Source: an uncultured virus (IMG/VR IMGVR_UViG_3300021960_000024) (taxonomy: Duplodnaviria > Heunggongvirae > Uroviricota > Caudoviricetes). Taken from it: DNA of 64,000 nt. The notes beneath the pieces were generated by a model. It saw nothing but the letters and a program-made list of their open reading frames with translations. It was not told the origin of the DNA and did no database searches. Of this stretch, positions 18,454 to 30,000 are shown piece after piece (the first letter of the stretch is position 1; every line of letters begins with the position of its first letter). The DNA lies in the IMG/VR virus record IMGVR_UViG_3300021960_000024; one strand, written 5' to 3'. The translations under genes were made by a program, and so were the position numbers.

Positions 18454-19959
18454 ATGACAGCAATCATAACAGAAAAATTTAGACTTCATAACGCAACTCA
18501 ATTCTTTGAGTCTTTTAATGAAGCAGCCAAAAGCACATACTACATGATGATTGGTAAGTCTACTCCTTTCACATCAGGAACTAGTGGTGGAACAGATTCG
18601 GCACCACCTACTCCAGCTGATGATGTAACCAGTGAGTTTAATGTTTGGGATCAAGCTATCGCAGCAAAAAATATTGCAGCAGGTGATGCTAGTCATGCAA
18701 TTTCTCGACTTAACTGGGCAAACAATACAACTTTTGATATGTACGAAAGCGATGTTAGCTCTACTAATCTAACTACATCTGGTAAATCTAGCATTTATCA
18801 ATCCACATTTTTCTTCCGTACATCTGATAACCGTGTGTATAAGGTTATAGACAATAACGGTGGAACTGCTTACTCTGGTTCTGAACCTACATCTGAATCA
18901 ACTTCCTTCTTTTCTCAGGGTGGTTATGTTCTAAAATATATGTACACAATTACCAGTGCAGAACAAACAAAGTTCTTGACATCAGATTTTATGCCTGTTA
19001 GTACTGATTCTACTGTTTCTGCTGCGGCTGTTGATGGTAAAATTGAAAGTCTTATTGTAACCGCTGGAACTGGATATACAGATGGTACTTACTATGTAGC
19101 AGTTAATGGCGATGGTACGAGTGCGGGAACAACCTCTGGTGCCGTAATAGAATTTGTGGTTTCCAGTGGTGCAATTGCAAGTTTCGGTCTTACTTCTGGA
19201 ACTGATACAATTGTTTATTCTGGTGGCACTAATTATACCTATGGAACAATTACACTTACAGATGACACAGTATTTGCAAATGCAGGACTAACAACTGCTG
19301 TAGATTCTGGTGACATTGATAACGGTAGTGGCGGTGCAATCAAAGTTGTAATTAGTCCAAAGGGGGGTCATGGTTTTAATGCGGTCAACGAACTTGGTGG
19401 TCACTATGTGATTATGAACACATTGTTCGTCGGTGCAGAGGGCGATGATCTTCTTACAGGAAATGATTTTCGTAACATTTCTATTGTTACTGAACCAACA
19501 AATTTTGGAACAACAACAGTTGCAACTGATACAACAGCTCGACAAACTTATGCACTAAAGTTGGCTAGCACCAGTGGTACGTTTACTGCTGATGAAAAGA
19601 TTACACAATCAACAACCCTTGCAATTGGTAAGGTTGTTCAGTGGGATGCTAATAACAACATTCTTTATTATCAGCAGGAAAGATATCCAAATTACGGCAC
19701 AAGTACAGTTGGTGCATATATTGCTTTTTCTGGTGCAAATGTTGTTACGGGTGCAACTTCTGGCGCAACTGGGACACCTGATGCATCAGCGGACAGTGCA
19801 GTAACTCTTGCTAACTCGAATACTATCACATTTACCGATGGATATGCGAACCCAGAACTTGAACCAGATAGCGGTAATGTGATCTACATAGAAAACAGAG
19901 CCCCCATCACCCGTGCGACAGATCAAACGGAAGACATTAAAATTGTAGTGGAATTCTAA
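18454..19959 (+). CDS. gp8: Baseplate wedge subunit gp8
   Basis: MTAIITEKFR, RVYKVIDN, GYVLKYMYTI, ISPKGGHG, NDFRNISI, IYIENRAPITRA.DQTEDIKIVVEF. Confidence 0.92.
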   Translation: MTAIITEKFRLHNATQFFESFNEAAKSTYYMMIGKSTPFTSGTSGGTDSAPPTPADDVTSEFNVWDQAIAAKNIAAGDASHAISRLNWANNTTFDMYESDVSSTNLTTSGKSSIYQSTFFFRTSDNRVYKVIDNNGGTAYSGSEPTSESTSFFSQGGYVLKYMYTITSAEQTKFLTSDFMPVSTDSTVSAAAVDGKIESLIVTAGTGYTDGTYYVAVNGDGTSAGTTSGAVIEFVVSSGAIASFGLTSGTDTIVYSGGTNYTYGTITLTDDTVFANAGLTTAVDSGDIDNGSGGAIKVVISPKGGHGFNAVNELGGHYVIMNTLFVGAEGDDLLTGNDFRNISIVTEPTNFGTTTVATDTTARQTYALKLASTSGTFTADEKITQSTTLAIGKVVQWDANNNILYYQQERYPNYGTSTVGAYIAFSGANVVTGATSGATGTPDASADSAVTLANSNTITFTDGYANPELEPDSGNVIYIENRAPITRATDQTEDIKIVVEF

Positions 19960-19960
19960 T

Positions 19961-22900
19961 ATGGCACAAAAAACTAATCTTAACGCAGCACCGTACTTTG
20001 ATGATTTTAATGCAGATAATAATTATCACAGAATTCTCTTTCGGCCGGGATATGCAGTTCAGGCAAGAGAGTTAACGCAACTTCAAAGTGCATTACAACA
20101 TCAAATTGAAGCACATGGAAGTCACATTTTTCGTGAGGGCGCAGTGGTTGTGCCGGGTCAAGGAACGACTCAAGAATATTATAGTTTGAAACTCGCAAGT
20201 ACATTTAATGGTCAAGAGGTTGATCCTTCACAATATTATAACGTAGACAATCCTACAACTATTACAGGTGTAACAACGGGTGTTACCGCAAAGGTTATTG
20301 GTTTTGCAGCTGCGACGACGACAGATCAACCACTCCTTTATCTTTCATATGAACGTGCGGGAACTGACTTTGAAACTACAACTTTTGCTGATAATGAAAA
20401 TCTTACTGCTAATACTGCAATATCACATTCAACAGCAAGTTATGCTGCAAATGTTGCATCTGTTACAACATACAATTCTGTGTATAGTGTCGCTGCAGGA
20501 TCAACCTTAGCACAACTTGCAAGTGCAGAAGGTCCAGCATCAAGAACAGGTCTTGCGTTTCGCATAGAATCTGGTATTTACTATATTCGTGGTTTCTTTG
20601 TTAACAACCTAGAAGAAACTCTAGTTCTTAATAATTATGATAGAACTTATACGGGAACAGTTGGGTTTAAAGTAAGCGAAACTATTGTTACACCAGAAGA
20701 TGCAGAGTCTCTATTAGATAATTCTACAGGGTCAACTAACTATGCTGCGAAAGGCGCACATAGATTAAGTGTTTCTGTTGCACTCTCTGCTATTACGACT
20801 TCAACGGACACAACCAATTTTATCGCTCTGGTTGATCTCAAAGATGGTAAATCATCTATAATTGGTCGCCGCACGCCATATTCTCAACTTGCTGATGAAT
20901 TTGCAAGAAGGACTAATGATGAATCTGGAAGTTATACGGTTCGACCATTTGAATTTACCATAGGTGAATCAGTAGATGTTAGTGTAGGTAACGATAATCT
21001 ACAGGGTAGATATACTGTGGGTGCGACAACTGATGATGGTAACATCGCTAGCAGCGAGCTGTTATCTCTTACCATATCACCGGGTAAAATGTACGTCAGG
21101 GGTTATGAAATTGATAAGGTTCGAACTACCATAAAAGATATTTCTAAAGCAAGAGATTTTGACACTACTAATGCTGGTATTACAACTTTTGACATTGGTA
21201 ATTATGCACTCATTACCAATGTATACAATACTCCAGACATTACACAAATATCTGGAGAAACTACTGCATTCAATACTGTACAATTCTATGATGCAACAAA
21301 TACTACTAGAGGTTCTGCAAACGGTAACTTAATTGGTGTAGGTCGAGCTAGAGGAATTGAATATCATTCAGGTACAGCTGGAGCGACTGCATTGTCGCCG
21401 GCGGCTCAATATAAATTATATCTTTTTGATATACGGCCATTTACAAAACTAACTTTGAGTGGCACTCCTTCACCAACACTTCTTGCAACACACACAAACG
21501 GTGGTGTATTAATCACGGGTGTGACTTCTGGTGCTAAAGGTTATGTATATGCAGATGGAACTTCTGGAACTTCAGTAAATCTAATTTCTGTAGTTGGTAC
21601 ATTTAGAGCCGGAGAAGAGATTACATCTTCCGATTCTGCTGAAACAGGTGGAATTGTTGAGAATAGTAGTGATGTAGATATTACCGTAACTAATTCAGAA
21701 ACTTTTACTTTTAATGATTTTAAACAGGTTTATATGGAGGATGCAGATAGTGGTCAAGATTTTACTGCTGATCTTGTATTTAGAAGCGCCTTTGGACTAC
21801 AATCAATCAGACTAGAAGATAGTGTTACTAGAGCAGATGGTAGTATTATAACTGAAGAAGATGGCGGTGATTATCTCATCCTAGAAGATTATGTTGCACA
21901 GGGTTTGCAAGATACAGAAAAAAATCTCGCAGTATTTAGACTTCCACGAGGTGGTATTAAAACACTTCTGACCGCAACTAATTCTGGTTTAAGTGATACG
22001 CAATATACAGTTCGTAGACAGTTTATTGGAATTACAAACAGTTCTGGTGTTGTTACCTTTAATGCGGGTACAAATGAAACATTTTTATCTCACAGTGAAG
22101 CAGACTATACATTATCTATTCTTACTGCTGGTGGTGGAACAGGAGAACAGGGTGATCTCGTTAGTATTTCTGGTAAAATTAGTGGTGCCGGAACATCAAC
22201 TCTTACTATTACAGATGCATCTATCTTGGGAAGTGCAGCAAAAATAAAACTTACTGCGACAATTCTTAAAACTTCTGTTCAATCAAAGACTAAAACTACT
22301 AAGCTTATGAAACAACTAAAGGTAACTTCTGGAACAACAGATGCCTATGGAACTCGTCCAACAGATGACACTATTTCCCTTGGGCGTGGGGATGTGTTTA
22401 ATCTAGTCGCAGTTTTTGACTCAGAGGAAGCAAGCACGGATGCACTTGCTCCAGAATTTACTACAAGTAATCAATCAGGAACATTTACCAGAGGTGAAAA
22501 AATCACTGGTGCGACAAGTGGCGCAACTGCAAGAATTGTTGATATTACATCTCCCATGAGTTATGTTTTATATACTTCACTTTACTTTGTATCGGGAGAA
22601 ACAATCACTGGTGAAAGCTCCGGTGCAACTGCTACTGTCGGAACTCTTACAGATGGTAGTGTGGATATCAAATCTAAATATGCTTTTGATTCCGGTTACG
22701 GCGATAATTTCTATGATATTGCTAGAATTATAAGAAAAGGTTCTGAACCCGCACCCACAGGAAGATTGCTCATTATATATGATTATTTTGAACATGGTAC
22801 GGGAGACATGTTAACAGTCGACTCTTATGTTGATGTTGCTAATCAAATGAACTATGAAGATATTGAACGTTCATTAATTGATGCATATGATTTTAGGCCA

Positions 22901-24313
22901 AAGGTTGAAGATATTGCTGGTACATCAAGAACACTAGGGATTATTGATGAAATTACAGGAAATTCTTTTGACTTCTACTCTAGACAATATGATGGTGCTG
23001 GTGCATCAATTTCTGATTTTGTCAAGCCCGGTTCTAATATTCAATCAGACTTTGAGTTTTATCTTGGAAGGAAAGACGTAGTTGTAATTGATGACACTGG
23101 AACAATTAGTATTATTGAAGGATCGTCATCAACTTCGCCAGTAAAACCTGACATTCCATCAAATTCTGTGAAACTTGCTGATTTAAATATTCCACCATTT
23201 ACTCGTAGGCCGGAAAATGTAACAATTGAAAGAACAAGAAATCAAAGATTTACCATGAAAGATATTGGTAAACTTAGCCGACGACTTGGTAATGTTGAAA
23301 AAATGACAACTCTAAATCTATTGGAAAGAGATGCTTTAGGTTTTGAGACGTTGGATGCTAACGGACTGAGTAGATTTAAGTCAGGAATTGTTGTTGATAA
23401 TTTCCAAGGTCATAAAGTTGGTGATGCCTTTCATCCAGACTATAAAAACTCTATGGACTTTTCAGAGGGAACACTTCGTCCAATTCATGTTTCTAAATCC
23501 ATCGATTTAGAAGAAAATGTTTCGACTGATTCTGCAAGAACTTCTGCTGGTTATCAGAAGACAGGTGATCTTATAACTCTTCCATATACAGAAGTGGTGT
23601 TAACAGAACAACCATTTGCTAGTACTGTTGAAAGAGTTGCACCGTTCATGACTGCGACATGGAAAGGTGTAATGACCATAGACCCAACTCAGGATAATTG
23701 GATGGAAACAGAAATTGCTCCCCAGTTGATTATTAACCGTGAGGGTAACTATGATGCAGTTGTTGCTGCTATTGGTAATAATATGGGTAGTGTTTGGAAC
23801 TCATGGCAAACAACTTGGTCTGGAACTGTTCAGAGAGATGATGGAGTACCTGCTCGACCACCCGTGGAGGATTGGGGCTGGGCCGACGACGGCAACGATG
23901 GCTGGTGCTTGACTTATAATATGAAAGTTATGTTAGAAAATAATATTTTGATTAATGTTAATAAATTGAAACTTGGTGATAAGATTATGAATAATAGTGG
24001 ATCAACCATAATTCAAGAACTCATATTTAATCATATGAGAGAAGGCTATTATATTATTAACGGTGAATTGGAAATTACCAACGATCATCCCATATTAACT
24101 AATGGTGTATGGAAGAGAACAGAAGACCTACTTATTGGTGATGATATAAATGGAATTCGAGTTGATACTAAACAATATATTTCAAAAACTACGAAAACAG
24201 TAAGTATTGTTACCCAATCAGATGATTATAATGTATATTGTAATGAAAATTTATATACCGTGCATGGTAGATACAAATTATTTCTCCAACAAGAAGATAG
24301 GAGCGCTGCATAA
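19961..24313 (+). CDS. VrlC/DUF4815-type virion structural protein, N-terminal part, with C-terminal Hint domain
   Basis: MAQKTNLN.APYFDDF...ILFRPG.AVQARELTQLQS, ARRT.DESG.Y, FTMKDIGKL, RFKSGIVVDNF; terminal ~120 aa Hint domain. Confidence 0.88.
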   Translation: MAQKTNLNAAPYFDDFNADNNYHRILFRPGYAVQARELTQLQSALQHQIEAHGSHIFREGAVVVPGQGTTQEYYSLKLASTFNGQEVDPSQYYNVDNPTTITGVTTGVTAKVIGFAAATTTDQPLLYLSYERAGTDFETTTFADNENLTANTAISHSTASYAANVASVTTYNSVYSVAAGSTLAQLASAEGPASRTGLAFRIESGIYYIRGFFVNNLEETLVLNNYDRTYTGTVGFKVSETIVTPEDAESLLDNSTGSTNYAAKGAHRLSVSVALSAITTSTDTTNFIALVDLKDGKSSIIGRRTPYSQLADEFARRTNDESGSYTVRPFEFTIGESVDVSVGNDNLQGRYTVGATTDDGNIASSELLSLTISPGKMYVRGYEIDKVRTTIKDISKARDFDTTNAGITTFDIGNYALITNVYNTPDITQISGETTAFNTVQFYDATNTTRGSANGNLIGVGRARGIEYHSGTAGATALSPAAQYKLYLFDIRPFTKLTLSGTPSPTLLATHTNGGVLITGVTSGAKGYVYADGTSGTSVNLISVVGTFRAGEEITSSDSAETGGIVENSSDVDITVTNSETFTFNDFKQVYMEDADSGQDFTADLVFRSAFGLQSIRLEDSVTRADGSIITEEDGGDYLILEDYVAQGLQDTEKNLAVFRLPRGGIKTLLTATNSGLSDTQYTVRRQFIGITNSSGVVTFNAGTNETFLSHSEADYTLSILTAGGGTGEQGDLVSISGKISGAGTSTLTITDASILGSAAKIKLTATILKTSVQSKTKTTKLMKQLKVTSGTTDAYGTRPTDDTISLGRGDVFNLVAVFDSEEASTDALAPEFTTSNQSGTFTRGEKITGATSGATARIVDITSPMSYVLYTSLYFVSGETITGESSGATATVGTLTDGSVDIKSKYAFDSGYGDNFYDIARIIRKGSEPAPTGRLLIIYDYFEHGTGDMLTVDSYVDVANQMNYEDIERSLIDAYDFRPKVEDIAGTSRTLGIIDEITGNSFDFYSRQYDGAGASISDFVKPGSNIQSDFEFYLGRKDVVVIDDTGTISIIEGSSSTSPVKPDIPSNSVKLADLNIPPFTRRPENVTIERTRNQRFTMKDIGKLSRRLGNVEKMTTLNLLERDALGFETLDANGLSRFKSGIVVDNFQGHKVGDAFHPDYKNSMDFSEGTLRPIHVSKSIDLEENVSTDSARTSAGYQKTGDLITLPYTEVVLTEQPFASTVERVAPFMTATWKGVMTIDPTQDNWMETEIAPQLIINREGNYDAVVAAIGNNMGSVWNSWQTTWSGTVQRDDGVPARPPVEDWGWADDGNDGWCLTYNMKVMLENNILINVNKLKLGDKIMNNSGSTIIQELIFNHMREGYYIINGELEITNDHPILTNGVWKRTEDLLIGDDINGIRVDTKQYISKTTKTVSIVTQSDDYNVYCNENLYTVHGRYKLFLQQEDRSAA
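23906..24268 (+). other. Hint (Hedgehog/intein-like) autoprocessing domain
   Basis: Block A C-L-T-Y-N-M-K-V with Cys1; ..KLKLGDKI; block B ITNDHPI (TxxH); W.RTEDLLIGD; terminal TVHG where inteins have HN. Confidence 0.82.
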
Positions 24314-26781
24314 TGGTAGTTAGAACTTACAACGCAACGCAACAAACTAGAACTGGTGTTCTCACCGAGGTGTTTGAGGACATTGAGTATTCTAGTGATG
24401 GGTTTAGGTCTATTGCTAAAACTGCTATTCCATATGCTCGTTCAAAAACAATTACCTTCGAAGCTAAAAGTTTAAAACCATTTACAAAACTGTATGTGTT
24501 TTTTGATAAACAAGTGGTCAATAAGTATGTGACGCCGGGCGATAGTGGTGCCGTTGGAACTGCTTTCTCAAACTTCTCTGATGTTGAAACTCCTGTTGCT
24601 GGTAGTACATTAATTTCTGATGGTGTTGGTAATTGTGAAGGAACTTTTACTATTCCCAATCCAAGAGTTGCTGGCAATCCTAAGTTTGCAACTGGTGATA
24701 TTGATTTTGTAATAACAGCAGACCCAAATAACAAACAAGTTGGCGACGGCGCAAATGAAATTGTTGCAAGAGAAACTTATGCAGACGCAACTTATTCTGC
24801 TAAGGGTATATTAGATACACAACAAGAAACTATTATTGCAACAAGAAATGCAATCGTAAGTACAACAGACCTTTTTGAAGAAGGTGAAGTTATTGTTGGG
24901 TCTGAATTTGTGCCTCCTCGTATGGACCCATTGGCGCAGACTTTTATTGTTTTGGATACTGATGTTAAAAACGATAATGTTAGTGGTGCATTTGCAACTT
25001 CTTGTGATGTATTCTTTTTTGAAAAGGATAATACATATCCTGTGACAATGGAAATTCGTAATGTGGTTAATGGAGTGCCCGGACCAAAAATTCTTCCATT
25101 TGGTAGAAAAACATTACAATCTTCAGAGGTTACAACATCTACAGATGGAAATACTGCAACTACCTTTACATTTGACTCTCCCGTTTATATGCAGGGTGGA
25201 ACAGAATATTCAATTTGTCTATTAGCTAATACTCCAGAATATAAGGTATGGATTTCTGATCTTGGAACACAAGATACTTCTGGTAATGAAATCACAGACC
25301 AACCTCACGTTGGTGTTCTTTTTAAGAGTTCAAATAATAGCACATGGGTTCCATCGCCCACACAAGACATGAAATTTTCTCTCAAGAGAGCTAAGTTTGA
25401 TACGAATGCTGCTGGTTCAGTTACATTACAAAATCAAACACTTCCTGCAAAAAACCTTAATTTGAACCCTTTAGAGATGACAGACAATAGTACAACATTA
25501 AAAATTAATCATGCCGGTCATGGTATGTATTCTACTGCAAATAACGTCACTATTGATGAAGTTAAGTCTGGTGCATCAACAACACTTAATGGTGCAATTT
25601 CTGCCACTGCAACATCGATTACTCTTACGAGTGGAACAAACTTTGATGACACTAGTGGCAAGTATTCTAGAGATGCATCCAACGTGTACTATATTAAAAT
25701 TGATGATGAGATTATTAGTTATACCACTATTTCTGGAACGGGTATCACTAGTGCAACACGGGGTGCAAATAGCACAACAGCTGTATCTCATGCAAATGGT
25801 GCAACTGTTGAACTATATCAAATTCATAAAGTTCCATTGTATGATATCAATAAAACACACACTGCAATTGGTAATATTCAAACTGACAGCTACACAATTG
25901 CTCTTTCAACTACCCCTGTGGTAGATGGTGATGCTGGTACATCTACTTTCGGTGGAAGTTTAGCCACCGCAACTGAAAATGCACAATATGATGTTTCTAC
26001 TTTTATTATGGGTACTGTAGTTCCGTCAAAAACTAAAATTGAGACGGCAATATTGACAACTTCTGGAACAAGTCCAAGTGGTTCTGAGACTCCATTTACA
26101 AAATCAACAACTAATAGGGTTGTTCCAATTGGTGACAATTATTATTGGACAAGTAATAATTTGGTTGCGTCTGGTATTAATGAAACAAATGAAATGTCTG
26201 GTACAAAATCTTTGAGTGTTCCAATAACTTTAACTTCAGAAATTGATTCACTATCTCCTGTACTTGACTTGCAGAGGATGTCAATGATCGCTGTATCAAA
26301 CAAGATAAATCAGATTGATTCCTCATCAGATGTATATCCTACATCTACATACAAAGCAATGACAGAACCAGAGGGTGATAATCATTCAGCAATTTATCTC
26401 ACTAAGAAAATTGAACTAGAAACTCCTGCAACTTCTCTAAGAGTTATTTTAGATGCTCGACGGTTTCCCGAAGCAGATATTAAATTATTATTTAAAACTC
26501 TACGAGTTGATGATGCATCCAACTTTGAGGAGATGGGTTTTAGATTTTTTAACGATGATGGAACTGTCACTGGGTCTGGTGGGCCAGATGTCATAACTCG
26601 ACCTTCTCTCACTATTAATGATTATATCGAACATGAATACACTGCTGGTGTGACAGATGATGGTATTGGTTCTCCCCTAGAAGATTTTACTTCTTTTCAG
26701 ATTAAAATTGTTATGAGGGCAACAAATCAAACTGTTGCACCATTAATTAAAAATCTTCGTGTTCTAGCTTTGGCCACATAA
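24313..26781 (+). CDS. VrlC/DUF4815-type virion structural protein, C-terminal part
   Basis: QTRTG, PYARS..I.F....LKPFT.LY.FFD, DPLAQTF, GVLFKSSN.STW.P...DMKF, FTSFQIKIVM...P.IKNLRVLALA; these motifs normally continue the upstream protein. Confidence 0.85.
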   Translation: MVVRTYNATQQTRTGVLTEVFEDIEYSSDGFRSIAKTAIPYARSKTITFEAKSLKPFTKLYVFFDKQVVNKYVTPGDSGAVGTAFSNFSDVETPVAGSTLISDGVGNCEGTFTIPNPRVAGNPKFATGDIDFVITADPNNKQVGDGANEIVARETYADATYSAKGILDTQQETIIATRNAIVSTTDLFEEGEVIVGSEFVPPRMDPLAQTFIVLDTDVKNDNVSGAFATSCDVFFFEKDNTYPVTMEIRNVVNGVPGPKILPFGRKTLQSSEVTTSTDGNTATTFTFDSPVYMQGGTEYSICLLANTPEYKVWISDLGTQDTSGNEITDQPHVGVLFKSSNNSTWVPSPTQDMKFSLKRAKFDTNAAGSVTLQNQTLPAKNLNLNPLEMTDNSTTLKINHAGHGMYSTANNVTIDEVKSGASTTLNGAISATATSITLTSGTNFDDTSGKYSRDASNVYYIKIDDEIISYTTISGTGITSATRGANSTTAVSHANGATVELYQIHKVPLYDINKTHTAIGNIQTDSYTIALSTTPVVDGDAGTSTFGGSLATATENAQYDVSTFIMGTVVPSKTKIETAILTTSGTSPSGSETPFTKSTTNRVVPIGDNYYWTSNNLVASGINETNEMSGTKSLSVPITLTSEIDSLSPVLDLQRMSMIAVSNKINQIDSSSDVYPTSTYKAMTEPEGDNHSAIYLTKKIELETPATSLRVILDARRFPEADIKLLFKTLRVDDASNFEEMGFRFFNDDGTVTGSGGPDVITRPSLTINDYIEHEYTAGVTDDGIGSPLEDFTSFQIKIVMRATNQTVAPLIKNLRVLALAT

Positions 26782-26782
26782 T

Positions 26783-27013
26783 ATGTCAAGATATATAAAA
26801 ATAGAGGATGAAGATAATTACGTTAAAGATTCTAACGGTAGTCATGCAATTATAAATAACAATGTAAACGCATATGAAGTTGCTAAAAAACGTGCAAAAG
26901 AGGCACAAAGACATAGAGATGAAATGCGTGAAACAACTAGAGAATTAAATACTTTGAAATCAGAAATGCATGAAATTAAATCTTTACTACAACAATTAGT
27001 TAAAGAGAACTAA
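26783..27013 (+). CDS. Conserved small coiled-coil hypothetical protein
   Basis: Y.KIE.....VKD..S.AIIN...LKSEMHEIKSLLQQL; typical neighbour of VrlC-like genes. Confidence 0.75.
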   Translation: MSRYIKIEDEDNYVKDSNGSHAIINNNVNAYEVAKKRAKEAQRHRDEMRETTRELNTLKSEMHEIKSLLQQLVKEN

Positions 27014-27031
27014 TACCGGAGAATACAATAA

Positions 27032-30000
27032 ATGTCATATCAATCACTTGATCTTGGTTCAGTTGCAAATGATGGCACGGGCGATACACTTCGTGAATCA
27101 GGTGATAAAACTAATGACAACTTTCTTGAAATTTATAACTTACTTGGTGACGGCACAGACCTGTCAAGTGGTATCAGTGCAACTGCAACAGTAGTAACTT
27201 TAACTGCACCAACAATTTCTGGTGTTGTCGGTGGAACAATTACATCGGCCACAATTACAACTCTAACAGGAACTACTTTTAACGCTGGAACTCTTGCATT
27301 AGTTGCTGGTTCTATTACAGACAGTTCTGGTGCGATTAGTTTTGGTAATGAGAACCTAACAACAACAGGATCAGTTACAGCTGCGTCATTAGACATATCT
27401 GGTAATGTTGATATAGATGGTACACTTGAAACTGATGCACTAACGATTGATGGTGTTTCACTCTCTGAAACTATTGCTGACACAGTTGGAGCAATGGTTA
27501 GTTCCAATACAGAAACAAATATCGCAGTAACATATGATGATGCAGATAACACATTAGACTTTGTTATTGGTACACTCAACCAAAGTACATCAGGAAATGC
27601 AGGCACTGCTACTGCACTTGAAACTGCTAGAACTATTCATGGTGTGTCATTTGATGGTACTGCTAATATTGATCTTTCTGAAGTCGTACAAGATACAGTT
27701 GGTGCGATGTTCTCTAGTAATACAGAGACAAACATTACTGCAACATATCAGGATGCAGATGGAACAATAGACCTTGTTATTGGTACACTCAATCAAGATA
27801 CAACTGGTAATGCTGCAACTGCAACTGCATTAGAAACTGCAAGAACTATTGGTGGAACTTCGTTTGATGGTAGTGCAAATATTGCTGTTGCCCTTTCTGC
27901 AACTGCTACTGCACTGGAAACTGCTAGAACTATTCACGGAGTTTCTTTTGATGGTACTGCCAATATTGATCTAACAGAAGTTGTACAAGACACAGTGGGA
28001 GCCATGTTCTCTAGTAACACGGAGACAGGTATCACAGTAACCTATCAGGATGCAGATGGCACTATTGATCTTGTAGTGGGAACTCTCAATCAGGACACAA
28101 CGGGTAACGCAGCAACTGCAACCGCATTGGAAACATCACGGACTATTGGTGGTGTATCCTTTGATGGTACAGGCAATATCAACCTGCCGGGTGTAAATAC
28201 AAGTGGTAACCAAGATACAAGTGGTACGGCTGCAAAAGTTACCGTCACAGATAGCAATGCAAACACAAATTTCCCAGTGGTTTTCCACGATGAGTCGAAT
28301 GCATTGTTGGATGACACAGGTGCATTACGTTACAATCCAAGCACAGGCGAACTACTTGTTCCAAATCTTACTGTAGCAGGAACGACTACACAGGTCAACA
28401 CCGTTACAATGAACGCACAAAATGCTGTCGTCTTTGAGGGTGCAACGGCAAATGACTTTGAGACAACTCTAACCATCACAGACCCAACTGCTGATAGAAC
28501 AATTACCATGCCAGATGCAACTGGTACTATGGCACTAACATCTAGTGATATTACAGGTAACGCAGCAACTGCAACCGCACTTGCAACGGCTAGAACCATT
28601 CATGGTGTATCGTTTGATGGCACTGGTAACATAGACCTCACAGAAGTTGTACAAGATACTGTTGGAGCTATGTTTAGTTCTAACACAGAAACAGGTATTA
28701 CTGTAACTTATCAAGATGCAGATGGCACCATAGACCTCGTTGTTGGTACACTCAATCAGGACACTACAGGTAATGCTGCAACTGCTACCGCATTGGAAAC
28801 TGCTAGAACCATTCACGGTGTAAGTTTTGATGGCACTGGCAATATTGACCTCACTGAAGTTGTACAAGATACCGTTGGAGCCATGTTTAGTTCTAATACA
28901 GAGACAGGTATTGCCGTATCGTATGAAGATGGTGATGGAACCATTGACTTAGTAGTTGGAACTCTAAATCAAGACACAACGGGTAATGCTGCAACTGCTA
29001 CTGCACTAGAAACAGCAAGAACTATTGGTGGAACTTCGTTTGATGGTACTGCAAATATTGCCGTTGCACTTTCTGCAACTGCTACTGCACTGGAAACTGC
29101 TAGAACTATTCATGGTGTATCATTCGATGGCACTGCTAACATTGACCTTACTGAAGTTGTACAAGATACTGTTGGAGCTATGTTTAGTTCTAACACAGAA
29201 ACAAATATTACTGCAACATATCAGGATGCAGATGGAACCATAGACCTTGTTATTGGTACACTCAATCAGAACACAACTGGAAATGCTGCAACTGCTACTG
29301 CTTTAGAAACTGCAAGAACAATTCATGGAGTTTCCTTTGATGGCACTGCCAATATTGACCTCACCGAAGTAGTACAAGATACCATTGGAGCTATGTTCAG
29401 TTCTAACACTGAAACAGGGGTGACTGTAACTTATCAGGATGCTGACGGTACGATTGATGTTGTAGTTGGAACTTTGAATCAGGATACCACAGGTAATGCT
29501 GCAACTGCTACCGCATTAGAAACTGCAAGAACTATTGGTGGGACTTCATTTGATGGTACTGCAAATATTGCTGTTGCTCTTGCTGACACTGCCACTGCAC
29601 TTGCAACTGCTAGGACTATTCATGGAGTGTCCTTTGATGGTACTGCCAATATTGATCTCACTGAAGTCGTACAAGATACTGTTGGAGCTATGTTTAGTTC
29701 TAACACAGAAACAAATATTACTGCAACATATCAGGATGCAGATGGAACCATAGACCTTGTTATCGGTACACTTAATCAAGATACCACAGGAAGTGCTGCA
29801 ACTCTAACTACTGCAAGAACAATTGGTGGAGTGTCTTTTGATGGTAGTGCTAACATTAACCTTCCCGGCGTAAATACTGCTGGTAATCAGAATACAAGTG
29901 GAACAGCCGCAGTCGCAACGGTTGCAACAACGGTTACTATTACGGATAATGAATCTACAGACGAAAACAACGCTATTGTCTTTACTGCTGGTGGTGATGT

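Noticed and set aside
23906..24313. Canonical splicing intein or split intein
   Set aside because: The terminal residues are His-Gly rather than His-Asn/Gln plus Cys/Ser/Thr, there is no endonuclease domain, and the next ORF does not begin with an intein C-fragment. Retained as a Hint cleavage domain instead.
24300..24320. Programmed frameshift or readthrough fusing the two VrlC halves
   Set aside because: No slippery heptamer or stimulatory structure is seen at the junction; the TAATG overlap is the ordinary translational coupling used at several other junctions here.
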